NCBI GenBank assembly: GCA_024137785.1 | Contig: JAHRHZ010000266.1 | Coordinates: 46,106,456 to 46,170,455, forward strand | Direction of reading: 5' to 3' | Origin: Ginglymostoma cirratum | Taxonomy: Eukaryota | Length of the DNA: 64,000 nucleotides | Shown: positions 13,387-26,296 of the stretch, piece by piece | Layout of the letters: every line of letters begins with the position of its first letter | Position numbering within the stretch: position 1 is the stretch's first letter | The notes under the pieces: model-generated | What the model saw: only the letters and a program-made list of their open reading frames with translations | Databases searched by the model: none | Told to the model about the DNA's origin: nothing | Translations under genes and position numbers: made by a program

Positions 13387-14144
13387 TTGAACCTTGTTTA
13401 GACCACATTTAGACAATTACATACAGTACTGGTTATCATATTATGAAAAGAACATAGGCGCACTGGGGATGTCAGAAGATTCATAGGTGTGCATGGATAT
13501 ATGTTTCTGGTAAGGATTAACATGCTATATCTCATATCTCTTGGAAAAAAAGTTGTGCCCTATCACAGTCTTTCAAATTATGAAAGGTTTTGATAGAGTT
13601 GATACAGGGAAAATGTTTCTACTTGTGAGGAATAGCACAATGATAGGTCATTGATATAAGCGAGTCAGGAAGAAATCCAATATAGAATGGCGAAGGAACT
13701 TGTGTTAGACAAGTATGTGCTGGAGACGTGAATAAATAGATATGGTGGTGTGTTTAGATGAGAAAAGGTTGTTCAAGCGGAACATAAATACCAACATAGA
13801 CTAGTTGGACATAATGGTCTGTTTCCATGTAGTATATCCTTTGCAACTCAATGCAGTATCAACAGGTAAATGTTAAAGTAGTGGAAATTCTATGATTTGA
13901 TACAAATGTGTCAATCTTAATGGCGTAGTTTCATATTCAAAGGTTTACAGAACCACATGTCCCATGTTGCACTCGCATAGCCTGTATTGACAATACATTG
14001 CCCGTGCCCAATTCTATAAATGCAGTGCACTATTTTCACACTCTGATGCCACTTGAGTTACTTACCTAATATTCAGTATAGAGTAAACAATGCAGTTCAA
14101 TTATATATATTTTGCATTTAATTATTTCTCTAATTAAGTAATGA

Positions 14145-14308
14145 GTTTTGCTGTGCCAGAATTTGTTGTCTATCCTCAGTTGGCCTGGAGAAGTTGGTGG
14201 TGAGTTGGCTTCTTGAATGCTGCAAGCCATTCCTCAAAGGCAAGTGGGGATGGGCAAAAATGCTAGCCCAGGCAGCAATGTCTATATTTCATGAATAAAT
14301 AATAAAAA
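14145..14308. mobile_element. Two family-B LINE/SINE tails in opposite orientation
   Basis: 14145-14232 matches 28750-28830 (minus tail); 14233-14308 matches 43202-43272 (plus tail). Confidence 0.6.
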
Positions 14309-14901
14309 GATTACCTTCATTATATATATGTGAATAAACTAGTGAGTAAATACATGACTTATTGCTGCAGGTCTACATCTCTATAAGTCTGTTTGCATCA
14401 CACCTCACCCCAGATATGACAGATTAGTTAGCTAACCTCATCTTTATCTATAGTTTGCTTTGCGTTTGAACCAGCTGCTAAAAGGTATGGAAGAATAAAG
14501 CAAATCAGATGCAGAATTACCACTTCACTAATTTTGTCTCTTCTTCCTGGCAGAAATGACTCAGATCTGGGGGACACCTCGAACAGCCAGGCTTTGAACA
14601 CCAATCCAACATCTCGAGAATACAAGAATACTTTTGACTCATTTTTAATTATAATTGTAATATTAGTAGTACAGAAATTGAGTATTACTGAAAAATTGCT
14701 TGTGCAAGACAAAAAGCTTTGTCAAAATGTGTCTTTTTCTTAGTATGACTCAAGTTTTAATTATATGATAACAGACTGAAATTTGACAGCCACTATTTCA
14801 ACTTGAATTGTATTAAGAAGGTTGATAGAGGAAGAGACATTAAAACTGAACTATGTAGGTTAATGTTGAGGTTGGTTGGCTTGCCGAGCTGGTTTGTTGT
14901 T

Positions 14902-14945
14902 CCGCAGACTTTTCGTTACTGTGCTTGGTAACATCCTCAGTGCAG
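14902..14945 (-). ncRNA. Mutated hammerhead copy in the left inverted arm
   Basis: Reverse complement ctgca CTGAGGA t gttacc aagcac agtaac GAAA AGTC tgcgg; two substitutions relative to 15044-15087. Confidence 0.6.
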
Positions 14946-15043
14946 CCTCTGATGAAGCGTCGGTGTGTTTTCCCGCCTGGTTTTTAAACTCTGGGGTCCA
15001 ATTGCGATGGATTGCCTCACTTCTGGGTTTCCTTCATCAGAGG

Positions 15044-15087
15044 CTGCACTGAGGATGTTACCAAGCACGGTAACGAAACGTCTGCGG
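15044..15087 (+). ncRNA. Minimal type-I hammerhead ribozyme, intact-looking
   Basis: Stem I ctgca/tgcgg, CTGAGGA (15049-55), extra T, stem II gttacc-aagcac-ggtaac, GAAA (15075-78), CGTC with a GUC cleavage triplet ending at 15082. Confidence 0.8.
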
Positions 15088-16261
15088 AACAACAAACCAG
15101 CTCGGCGAGCCAACCAACCTCAACACCCACAAGCCGATCTACAGATCTACTCCAAAATCTTATTCAGGTTAGGTAAAAGATGTGAGATATGGGAAGGTTG
15201 AAACTCACCAGCATTCACTTAGCTTCTCTTTAAATTAAGATGAAGACAAGTTAAATTTTCTGGAGAAATGCTGGAAAGTAAATGTCACAAAAATACTTCT
15301 GAAGCAATGTTAAACTGAATTGTAAAACTAATTTCAAAGTCCTGGGTTTCAAACTTAGTTCCTTATAAAAATATCAAACTAGTAACAAATGGCACATAGT
15401 CATTTTTCTACTGACTCAACAGTTTGTTTATGGTCCTGAAGCAAAATGTTTTTGTGTTCGGGGAGGGGGGGGGGAGGTGAAGGGAGGGGGCAAGGACATT
15501 TAATCAGGTGGAAAGATGAGGAATGGGACCCAGCCATATTCTCATCATTAATATGATCAAGTCCATAGTAGAAAAGACCATGCTTTCCTGTAATTAATGT
15601 ATACTTAAAGACTTCATCCACTGCTACTGGTATTAATCTGCAAATGGTCACAAGGCATAACCAAACAGGGAGTTCCACAATCAGACAGCAGCACGGCTGC
15701 TAATGCACTCCTGGGAGGTGGGAAGGGCACTCGGTGCCTGATTTAGGAACTGGCATCGGGAAGGAGGGAGTTTACTTACAGCTACCCCACCTTGCTTTTA
15801 CTGCCAACTCTCCTGCACACACACTCTCATCTCCATGACTTTCATCCCCAAAGCCCCCTCTTGCCATTACTCATCTCTGGCCGGAGATCCAGAGCCAACT
15901 TTTAGCTTTGGGTGACGGCTGTACTGACAGTAGCCTCCTTCTCGCTGGTGACGCTGTCATTGAGTATAACTGCAGACCTCTGATTGGCCGGCAGCTCTGG
16001 ACAGGCTTCCATTTCCAAGGTCCTTGTTCCCAGGGTACACCCACTGCTGGCCTGTCAACTGCCTGAGTGGAGCAAGATGTAGTGGACCTTCCAAGAGACA
16101 ATACTGGCCTCTACCATCTCTCCAGCCAGTTGCCAAAACCCTCATCCCCTCCATAAGGTTTCAGTTCTTGTTTCTATAATTCATTGTCTTTCATCTGCTG
16201 TCAAAAATGTTATCATGGCATTTCCCACAGAAGTAATTAAAAAAAAAAGCAAAAACAAAGT

Positions 16262-16661
16262 NNNNNNNNNNNNNNNNNNNNNNNNNNNNNNNNNNNNNNN
16301 NNNNNNNNNNNNNNNNNNNNNNNNNNNNNNNNNNNNNNNNNNNNNNNNNNNNNNNNNNNNNNNNNNNNNNNNNNNNNNNNNNNNNNNNNNNNNNNNNNNN
16401 NNNNNNNNNNNNNNNNNNNNNNNNNNNNNNNNNNNNNNNNNNNNNNNNNNNNNNNNNNNNNNNNNNNNNNNNNNNNNNNNNNNNNNNNNNNNNNNNNNNN
16501 NNNNNNNNNNNNNNNNNNNNNNNNNNNNNNNNNNNNNNNNNNNNNNNNNNNNNNNNNNNNNNNNNNNNNNNNNNNNNNNNNNNNNNNNNNNNNNNNNNNN
16601 NNNNNNNNNNNNNNNNNNNNNNNNNNNNNNNNNNNNNNNNNNNNNNNNNNNNNNNNNNNNN
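16262..16661. other. Assembly gap (400 N)
   Basis: Run of N. Confidence 1.
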
Positions 16662-16763
16662 GTCAAGTTTTCCTGCTCCTATGATGCTGCTTGACCTGCT
16701 GTGTTCATCCAGCCCCACGCTTGTTATCTCGGATTCTCCAGCATCTGCAGTACCTTTTATCTC
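16662..16763 (+). mobile_element. PLE pLTR 3' end (same family as 6587-6686), cut by the gap
   Basis: 'gtcaagttttcctgctcctatgatgctgcttgacctgctgtgttcatccagc...ccagcatctgcagt' aligns with 6587-6686. Confidence 0.85.
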
Positions 16764-16849
16764 TGATTCCTATCCTATGTGTGGTGCAAATACAGGGATA
16801 GCTCTACGCTCTTCATAGGACAGCATTAACACATATTTATGTATCATCT

Positions 16850-17570
16850 TTAATATCATGGAATGTCAAAAGGTGATACAGACACAGGGTCACAACCAAA
16901 CAAAGCACATCACCAAGCCGCATAAGATTATGTTAGTTCAGCATGATCAAAGAGTTAGGTTTTAAGAAGTGAATTTAAGGAGGAAAGAAAGAGAGAGAGA
17001 TTGGGAGGGTAAATAAAGGGAGAGATTTACAGAATGTGGGGTTTCGGCAACTGCAGGCACAATGTGGAGCAAGAGGTCAAATTTAGTGAAGCACAAATAT
17101 GTCTGAGGTTGTGGAGCTGGAGCAGATTTCAGAGATACTGAGGGTTAAGGACATGGAAGTATTTGAAAACAAGGATGAGAATTTTAAAATGAAGCTGTTG
17201 CTTGACCAACAGCCAATTCAGATCAGTAAGCACAGGGCTGTTAGTGGAAGGGGACATGTTGTGGTTAAGACATGTGCAGCAGAGTTTTGTTTAGATAATA
17301 TGGGACACCATACAGGAATGTATTAGAATGTTCAAATCTAAACGTAAAGAAGGAATGGATGAGGACTTCAGCATCAGGTAAGCTTAAAAAAAGGCCAAAA
17401 TCAAGCAATGTTACAGAGGTGAAAACAGACAATCTTAGCAATAACATGAATATGAGATCAGAAGCTTACTTAGGGTCAAATGTGATACCAAGATCACAAA
17501 TAGACTAGCTTAATCTTAGACACTGCCAGATGAATGGATAAAGTCAGTTTTAGGGAAAAAGGTTTGGAAC
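16850..17570 (-). mobile_element. L2-type LINE 3' fragment
   Basis: Reverse complement is similar to the plus-strand L2 at 54480-55290 (e.g. 'gtaacattgcttgatt', 'tgctgaagtcctcatccattcctt'). Confidence 0.7.
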
Positions 17571-19324
17571 AAGATTAGAGAAGCCTTGTAACTTCTATGG
17601 CAACATACAGGGTATGAAAATCCAACAAAATCTATCTTCTTTGTTCTTATCTGGACAATACACCCAAAAATGAGCATTCAATGATAGAAACAGTCAAGAA
17701 AAAAGGCTCCTTAATACCTTACCACAATTACCAAGTGGCAGTGCTAAAACCAGTGTAACTGGCATTCAAAAATTGCCTTGTATAAGGATTCCCTCATTGT
17801 CCAGTTAAAATTGATACAATTTTCATTGCAGTATTTTTATATCTAGTAGATGCTCACTATCTTTAAAATCTAAAATCATTTAGTGTTTCCATTTGAATTT
17901 CTATTTCTTGATCACTTTTGTACTTTACTTATCTACACATATGCAGGATTCCTAAATTCATGTAGAAAACAGACTAACTTTGTAATGAAATTATTTGCTT
18001 CCACCATCAAGGTCTGGTGTTAGTATAATATCTAGTTTTTAGTGCTATCACCCCTGCAAACGAACAGGCGAACTAAGTGCTATTCTTCAAATGTTCCTCA
18101 TTATCTGAATATGAGCAGACAAACATCTGACAGTCTAATCAATTGGAGATGCTCTATAAACTTTAGGATTGTTAAAATTCTATTTTTGAAGCAAAACTAA
18201 TGAACAAATAATGTATTTAGGATTAAGATGGCAGATAATATCTGTGGTCAGTGTTTATCATAACAACAATTGACTTTTATACTGAAGGACATCAACTACA
18301 GATCAACCTTCTGCAGCAGGGTATAGCTCCAACTCAAAACGTCTGTTCAATTTGAGCTCCAACACTCATTTTTGTCAAACGCAGACATTTTCTGGCAAAC
18401 TGATCAAGGCTTTCTGTCAGTGACTCAGCTGCTTTTTGCAATGCATACAGATTAAACATGCAGTGTGTTATGCCTATTTTCATCCATTGTGGGTCATGAC
18501 ATCACTGTCAGCCAATAATAATGCATTTGTACTAGTTTAGAAACTTATTCTCTAGAAATAAGTATAACTTGTATTACAAGCTGTAGTTTAAATTAGAAAC
18601 AATGATTGTAACTGGTCCTTCATATTTATATAACGGTAAGATTTCATAAAACAAATCACTTGAATTACCTTATCATATCCACAGTATAAACGGGAAGTTT
18701 TTTTTGCAATCTTATTCGATAACAGTTACTTGGTCACTATCAATAAGTCAATAATTAGGGGTCTGTGTTTTGCATCAAAATGTGCAGCTAGTATCAAATA
18801 CCTATCAAAGGTACCAAAGATGTAACAGGAAGGATGTTCTGATTAAGATTAATCAACCCGTATTTCAGGTTGACCCATTTAACTGCACAGAGAAAGTTGT
18901 GAGTTGAGAATATGGTAGCATATCATCAAGGCTGATGCACAACTTTGAGTGGAAGAGCACGCTTTACTAAAAACTTTCCAAAGGGAACTGAATAAATACT
19001 TCAAGAGAAAAGTTGGTTAAGTCCATGAAGAATGACATGTGAGAGTGGGATTTATAACTCTTCCAAAGCTCTTTGGAAGTGCTGGGACAGACTTGATGGA
19101 TTAAATGTGGAATTTCTGTCTTCTACTATTCAATCTCTGTATAATTTATTGTGGGGCCTTATAAAATCCAAACTATTTTGCAAACAAAGGACTGTTTTTT
19201 TTTCTATCTCTGTTGTTACAGTTCTAGAATGGAGCTGCTCTGACAATGCTGGTTGTGCTGTCAACCAGATCAGTCATCCAGGGAATATTCTTTCACCTAC
19301 TCCATGACTTTGAAGAAGTGCTCC

Positions 19325-19436
19325 TAGTCTGGCACAGTGATAGTGCCTCTACCTCTGGACTGGGAGGCCTGGGCTCAAGTTGCAACTGCTCCATAAATAT
19401 GCAATAGCATCCCTGTGCAGGTTGATGAAAAAAAAG
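19325..19436 (+). mobile_element. Short tRNA-head SINE relic with A-tail
   Basis: A-box-like 'tggcacagtgatag', B-box-like 'gggctcaagtt', ends in 'gatgaaaaaaaa'. Confidence 0.45.
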
Positions 19437-19825
19437 GACGAGGTAGAGGAGCAGGATTAGCTGAGCTGCTCTCGCAGACAATCCACATGAACGTGATAAG
19501 CTGAATGGCCTCCTATGTTCCTAACACTGTAATATATTGGTGTATACATCAGTTCCTGATATATTTTTGTTCATTTGTTTTCATTGCCACCACAAAACTT
19601 ACTTTACCCTTTGATAACAGTGGTCCAACTGGGCCAAACTGAAACTTGATGCAACAAGATGGCACACATGTCAAGAGCTTGCAATTTCCTCTAGATGCAC
19701 GGTTTCCAAAGTGGAAGTCATGCTTGGCATGACAATCAATGTGCACATGGTTAAAGTATTCTGCTGGATAGCAAAATCAACTTTCATGGAATCTGCAATC
19801 AACAGTTGACACGCGCCACATCTTC

Positions 19826-20154
19826 ACAGAATCCCTACAGTGTGGAAGTACACGATTCAGCCCACTGAGGCCACACCAACCCTCTGAAGAGCATCCCACC
19901 CAGACCCACCAGTTCCCATGGCCAATGCATGTAGTCTGCACATCCCTGGATATTATGGGCAATTTAGCATGGCCTATCCACCTAACCTGCACATCTTTGG
20001 ACTGTGGGAGGAAACTGGAGCACACAGAGGAAATCTACACGGACACAGGGAGAATGTTCACACTCCACCCAGACATTTGCCTGAGGGTGGAATCGAACTT
20101 GGGCCCATGGCGCTTTGACACAGCAGTGCTAACTGCTGAGCCACTGTGCCATCC
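19826..20154 (-). mobile_element. HE1-type V-SINE, full length
   Basis: Reverse complement of the copies at 8029 and 53837. Confidence 0.9.
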
Positions 20155-20184
20155 AGTGGAATCCATGGCTTTATGCCAATAATA

Positions 20185-20560
20185 TCCTTCCTGAAATAAG
20201 GAGATCATAACTGCAGATATGGACCAACCAAGCTCCTAAACAAATAAAATTTGGCATCATTATTCCTGGACCTAAATCCTCTTTGATAAAGGCTAACATT
20301 CCATTAGCCTTGCTAATGGCTTGCTGCACATATATGTTCACCTTCAGCAGCTTATTGACAGGATACCTAGGTTCAGTTGTATATTTTTATTCACTCATGG
20401 CACATTCACTTGTTGGGCCAACAATTACTGCCCAAACCTGATTGTCCTTGAAAAGGTGGCAATGAGCTGTCTTCTTGAACTGCTGCAGCCTATGTGCTAT
20501 TGGAAGACCAACAATCTACACATCTTAACCTCCTACAGATTAAGAAATACTCTACCAAGC
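20185..20560 (-). mobile_element. CR1 RT fragment with a nested family-B tail (about 20380-20500)
   Basis: 'ataaaggctaacattccattagccttg' is the reverse complement of a KANGMLAFI motif; the internal segment matches 28715-28830. Confidence 0.6.
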
Positions 20561-21319
20561 TAGAAAGTAGAATAGAAAGTGAGTATTGCTCTCCTCTCAC
20601 ATAATAGAAATGTTGTTCACTTTTTACTCTGGTATTTCTTTTAGAATGTTCTGATAAGCACAGACAAAATATGTAAACAGAATGTGTCTTACATTACAAT
20701 ATAACACAGCCTCTATAAAATATGCCATTCTATTTTGCAACAGTAAATGGAATTTACTGCAAATGGAGTTTGCTTATTTTGGAAATCAGTTTATCATTAA
20801 TATACACAACTAACCAACAGTGACTGATCGTATGAGACTGTGATAAGAATGCCAATTGCTCCTATTGAGCAATTGATGAGACCTTTCTGGTGAGAAAGTA
20901 GACCTAGGCTAATCAAGAAGTTAATCTTCCACATCCTGATGAACAATTTTATTGATAAATGAAATGCACTTTCAGACTAACATTTTCTCAGTTCTAACAT
21001 GTTTATGCACAAGAGTCTACACTGAAAGTACCTATTAAATACACATTTATCAGAAGCCACAAATATGATGACAAATCATTAAGTTTGGTGTCATACATAC
21101 TGCAGTCATACTTGGATGTGTCTGACTGATAAATTACACCTCCAAAGCAAGATATAATGGGCGTCAAACGCAGATTGCAGCATTGTGTGGTATTTTAAGC
21201 TTTTGGTCAATGTGTTTAAATTGCATTTACAAATTTTTCCAGCATGCTCATGAATAGCGTAAATCAATTGGGAAGCTGTGATTTCTTTTTCGGTCTATAT
21301 ATGAAGCACACATTACTTC

Positions 21320-21405
21320 AAAGTCAGAAGTCACATGACACCAGGTTATATTCCAACAGGTTTATTTGAAATCACAAGCTTTCATAGCACTGCTCCTTCA
21401 CCATG
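21320..21405 (-). mobile_element. PLE pLTR fragment with decayed hammerhead
   Basis: Reverse complement 'atggtga a ggagc agt gctat GAAA GCTT gtga tttcaaataaacctgttgg...'; same family as 13118-13386. Confidence 0.65.
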
Positions 21406-21737
21406 TCATCATTATTGCAAAGTGTTATGAAACTGGCACAGAAATGAAAGAGATAGCGCATAACATTTTTTTTCAATTTACATTCATAAATATTTGCTTG
21501 TGATTGTATTAAAAAATAAACTACCAACCAGGGCAGGAGGATGAAGCATGTGGTACTGTCATAAAAGGCTGTGAACTTCCCATTAACTTGACAGCAACAC
21601 AGCGAAACATTCTGAATCAGCACAAAGCTGCAATCGGTTTATCTTTGGCCCTCTGCACATTCACAGTTGCAGCTCAATTTTTATCCAAAAATTTTAGATT
21701 TTTAGAGACCAACATCAACCAAAATCAAAATCGTTAA

Positions 21738-22095
21738 TTTGGGACTGCCAACTCGAGTTGAATGTATTCCTGGGGGTTTCAACATGTCCTACTACCTTCT
21801 ACTAGCCTGGCTGCGCACTCCCACCATTGGTTGTACGTCATGTCCATGCTCACAACACATCCCCTGCCAACTGCAAAGTGAAAAGACTATCCATTACCCA
21901 ACTGAATGAACTTTGGCCATTGGCCAAACAGCCTCTTTTTCCTAAAACAATTATAAGTAGTAAAGTGTAGAAAGAACAACACATTTTATTTAGCAACCTC
22001 ATGAATTTTCACCTGGGTTATTTACAGCAGCATCTGGAGATGAATTTTTAATTCCTACATACTCCAGGTCAATTTTGTAGGAGTGACAACTTGAA
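21738..22095. mobile_element. Possible degenerate hAT-like MITE
   Basis: Ends 'tgggactgccaactc' and 'ggagtgacaacttg' resemble decayed TAGGGTTGCCAAC-type TIRs. Confidence 0.3.
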
Positions 22096-22384
22096 TTAAC
22101 CTCCAAAAGAAAGGCACTTCAAGCATTCTCCATCATTTGATCCAGTTAGTAAGGCACTGTGAGTCAACAAATTTGTTTTCTCCGGCATTATCTGTGGATA
22201 GGATTTGAATGAAAGCAGATGCCATTCCACCTCAAATCTCTCGCTCCATATTTGAGCTGATAATTACAGTAGTCATGGAGTATGAAACACCAGTTCTCTT
22301 CAGTAAAGATCTGCCTTTCACCATACTTGTGGTGAGGAAGGGTGTTGGTAAATACTATTGCGACAAGTATTATATCACAGTCGT

Positions 22385-22610
22385 TGGATGTCTCATCAGG
22401 GAGTCGGATAGGATAAAGAATTATTTGTTCTGGTCCCATAGGCTGTCATATAGTTGTCTAGTTCAATGAGTGATCTGCAGACTCTGTCGCACTGCAGGCA
22501 GGTAGTGATTGAAAGGTTGGGCAGACTAGATGTTTGGAGATTTGTGCATTGTCTTGAATGCCCTGCCTTTATCTCTGCATGCTTTGAACAAAGTCTCTTA
22601 ATGTTGAACT
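22385..22610 (-). mobile_element. RTE-type LINE 3' fragment (C-terminal zinc-finger remnant)
   Basis: ORF peptide TTCLQCDRVCRSLIELDNYMTA resembles the RTE C-terminal CxxCxRxCxSRIGLxSH motif. Confidence 0.5.
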
Positions 22611-23762
22611 CTGAGGAGCTACAAAGTGCAGGATGATTTGCATACATTCCAATTATCGTTGTAAAAACAGCAGCTCACCCATAACCTTCCAGGAGTTGCA
22701 AGAAATTGGTGCATTTCCACATTAATTACTAATTAAACACCCAAAAAATGTTAGAACTGTTATTTAACAATGCAACTGCATGTTGACGTTTAGTTTCTTT
22801 CAACACAACTAAACCTTTGGCCTAGAAAGACAACATTCCAAACCAGGGTGGCTCATTTTTGCAGATAGTTAATTGTTCTCAGAGATTTCTTTCTTTTTTT
22901 TCTCTGCCTCTAAGTTAATCCAAACTTTTGCTTCTTCTCATGGTTAAGGAGATGGCCTGCAAGTTCCATCATTCACCCATGTCCCATTGATCTCACTGCA
23001 CTTTTAGTAGTTTGTATTTATTGGCATTTTTGTGATGCAGAACATTTATGAACTGAAGGTCAAAGGACAAAAAAAATTGCCAAAGGAATATACAGAGACA
23101 TGCCCCTCTCTAGTACATTCTGAGCAAATCACTGGTTAAATACTAGGCATGCAATTGTCTTACTGGCCTTGATACAAATGCACAGCAAAAATTTCCTACA
23201 ATCAGTTCAGTCTTGTTCAAGAACCGATGTCTTAAATATCAGAGATGGGCATAACCTAAACTGAAAATGTGCCATCAGCTAAGCAAGTCTAGAACCCTTA
23301 CAATGTAGCACAATATTTTCACTCTTAAGTTCAAGAGCATGTATTCTGTTCAAAGTTTAAGTCCTGCAACATTCTTGCAGTTGGTGAGATATGAAGCATT
23401 GCTCTGAAAATGGCAATTTGTATATTATATCCGAACGTTCTTTCTGATCCCAGTCAACGTTGTGCAAGTGGCTATCATCGCCAACAACAAAAATAAATGC
23501 CATAGAAATAAACTTAGTATTGAGCTATTCCCTCCATATGTCATTATTTTCTGTGCATTTGAGTTACTTTGTATCTGAGAAGTTTATGTCTTACTAAGGA
23601 GGCTCTCTTACCTCAGGAATCACAGATTATTTTCTGTTTCTGGACTTTACACATTTCAATTCCAAATTGGATTTGGCTTCCATCAGAGTTTGTATGTCTA
23701 ACTTAAACAAAATTCATTGCTAACAGCTTTATTTTTTTCAATAATTTTATGCTCCAACCAAT

Positions 23763-23985
23763 GGGAGGCGGTGGCATCATGGTCATGTCAGTAGTCTAGT
23801 CATCCAGAGCTCCAGACTAATGTTCTTTTCTTTTGGTCTTATGTTCTGCAGATATGGCTATGACTCCCTATGGCAAACTCTTACCTCTGAAATGAACTAG
23901 ACTGCATCAGTTCAAGGGCAACTAGAGATGCGCAGCAATGCTGGCCCTGCTAGCAAAGTCCACATCCCATACAAGAACAAAGAAA
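23763..23985 (+). mobile_element. Internally deleted tRNA-head SINE with family-B tail
   Basis: Head 'gggaggcggtggcatcatggtc...catccagag' and tail 'agggcaactagagatg..gcaatgctggcc' match 50289-50635. Confidence 0.65.
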
Positions 23986-25844
23986 TCCCAAGCATTCAAT
24001 TGGTTTGAGTTGCCTTTCAGATATAACTAATTTGAGGTGGTTAACTGCAATGCATATGAATTCAACCAATGCTGCTGTTATTAAAATATGATCTAAAGTC
24101 AATCTGAAACAGCAAACTGAACTATTCAGTATGCACTGTGGTTAAGAAAAAGCAAGTATAATTAGCTTCCAAGAAGTAAATTGTTCTCAGGCTGCGTGCA
24201 TCTATGTAACAAGTACCTTCCTGTTTACCTAAACTATTACACATTATGAAGGATCATGAGTTTTTAAATGTTTTCAACTCACATATTGTGATCCTGTACA
24301 GCTGGTTTGTAAATTATTGGTTTCCTTCCCTTACAATATGTTCACTGACTTTTATGACTTTGCAATATCAATTAACGTAAAAGAGAGACCATCATTTAAT
24401 ATAATAGTTTGATGAGAAATACATCCTTAATGTGGATGCGCATGAGCCAGTCCAACACTTGATTAACCTGTGATGAGGATCTGAACCCACCATGGAAATC
24501 GTGCGAGAAACTATGCTACAACGGGGTGCCTTAATACAGTTGAAAATTGACTATAATGGCTGGCAAGGTGATGCAAGGATAGAAATGACAGTTAATTCTA
24601 TTAACCTTCTATTCTATCCTCAGACTTTCAGTCTATACCAATTCTATTAAAAATAAGCAATCCACACATGAGAAAGATGTTTACATTGCAGCTCTCAAAT
24701 TCTAGATTTTGAAGTGGGATATATTCTTTCCGAGCAATAGTAATCTTTTCAGGCAAATATCTGGATAGGCAGGTCACCTTATTAATGTATGCCATTCATT
24801 TCTGTACATAGGTAAAACATGTAGAAATAATCTGATTACTACCAGTACATCTAGAAACTCAATGTGATCTTAACAAATTAGTATGTTTTTATCTAGAAAT
24901 AATACAAGGAGATGAATGTAAATAGTACATCATATATTGAGAAAAGTTGGATTTTAAAATATAAGAATGAGATTATCAATTGTACATAATGCACGCAAAG
25001 AGATAAATTTTATAAATCTGTGCTCCCTAGGCAAGGATCCCTGCCAACAATATAATCATAGCTTTGAAATGGACCAGCCTTTTAGAGATGTGTTGGGAGG
25101 CCTATAAAATAATGAGGTCTAGGCAGGGAATTGCACACCTATCACTTTCCCTCATATCATCTCAACAGTGGCAGGGAAGATGGTGGACATCTTCACCAGC
25201 CAAAGCTCAACTGAACTACAAAAGTACCCAGCTAAGGGATCTCCACTTGCTGCCACTAACACTTTCCCAATTGTGAAGAGACCATCCACTGAAACATGAT
25301 GTCCTCCACAGGGGACTCACGGAGAAGCCCTCTTATTTGGGTACTGTTTGGATCACAGAGGTTGTGATGATTCATTTAGATGCAAAAAGATAGTTAGAGG
25401 CTTGAATGGAGCCAAAATGCCAACAACAACTAGTTGGGCTGAACATTTTGCTTGTGCACAATTTACCCTCTGTAATCCCACGATGATTTAAAATGATTGA
25501 CCTTGAAATTTCTGATCCAGGAATGTCCCCCACATCCTGTCACAGCTTTGATGAACTCCCAGACATACAACATTAACCGTTGCTTAGGTCAACTCACTAA
25601 ATATTCTACTCATCTACTAGAAAATTTGCAACAGGAGATAGGGAGACCTCGAGTGAAATTTCAGGGCTGCTGGCATTTCCTGCACCACAGTTTTTTCTCT
25701 CAGTGCAATGAGAATAAATCAAAAAAATACAGTGGAAGAAGGCCATCTGCCCCAGCCTGCCTGTGCCAGATCTCTGTCAGAATTAAAAGCTCTTAGCCAA
25801 CTTAGCAGGCTCTTCCTCCAGACTCTCATCCTCAATGAGTCCTA

Positions 25845-25937
25845 TTATTCTACAGATGTTGGCTGAGCTGGTGTGTATTTCCAGCCTTTTATTGTTTGAT
25901 TTTCAGATTTCTAGCAACTGTCGCATTTTGCTTTTCT
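25845..25937 (+). mobile_element. PLE pLTR 3' relic (family at 63370-63480)
   Basis: 'ctacagatgttggctgagctggtgtgtatttccagc...ttcagatttctagca' aligns with 63390-63470. Confidence 0.55.
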
Positions 25938-26296
25938 ACTGCTCAAATATGGGTGGAAGCCTTCCCTAAATTTGGTCTTTACTACTTTCATGATTGTTTC
26001 TGCTTGAATTCTATGTGGTATCATGCCACCATGATATCCTTTAAATGTCTCATTAAGGATCAAAAGATCATGGTCTTTGAAGCAATGACACCAAAAGAAC
26101 GGAAGACTCTCAGACTTTCAACTCATAGGCTTCTTACAGGCACTAAACAAGAACATTGACCAGGTAACCTCAATTAATCTCAACTATCTTTAGGCAACTC
26201 CTAAAAGCTTTCCCTTATAATCTGCTTTGATATGAAGTATGACTTCACATGATAATCTGCTTCAAGATGAAGTGTGACTAAATGAAGGATTATGAG

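Larger units (their letters stand above)
12575..13850 (+). mobile_element. Heavily decayed CR1/HER1-type LINE 3' half (RT region to tail) with nested insertions
   Basis: Remnants equivalent to DFQKAFDKV, INDL, KFADDTK ('aaatttgaggataacaccaaa'), LVRPHLEY ('ttagaccacatttag') and tail 'gactagttggacataatggtctgtttcc'. Confidence 0.75.
14864..15160. mobile_element. PLE pLTR-like insertion with 94-bp inverted arms
   Basis: 14864-14957 is the reverse complement of 15032-15125 with 3 mismatches; each arm has a hammerhead core; the plus arm continues to about 15160. Confidence 0.8.

Noticed and set aside
14428-14743. Exon-like ORFs on both strands
   Set aside because: The plus-strand acceptor has no good donor, the minus-strand acceptor is a weak GAG, and the peptides are unrecognised.
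16181-16718. ORFs of 159-175 aa
   Set aside because: Artefacts of the N gap.
23610-23697. Minus-strand segment with a strong GAG|GTAAGA donor
   Set aside because: All three frames contain stops; cannot be supported as coding.
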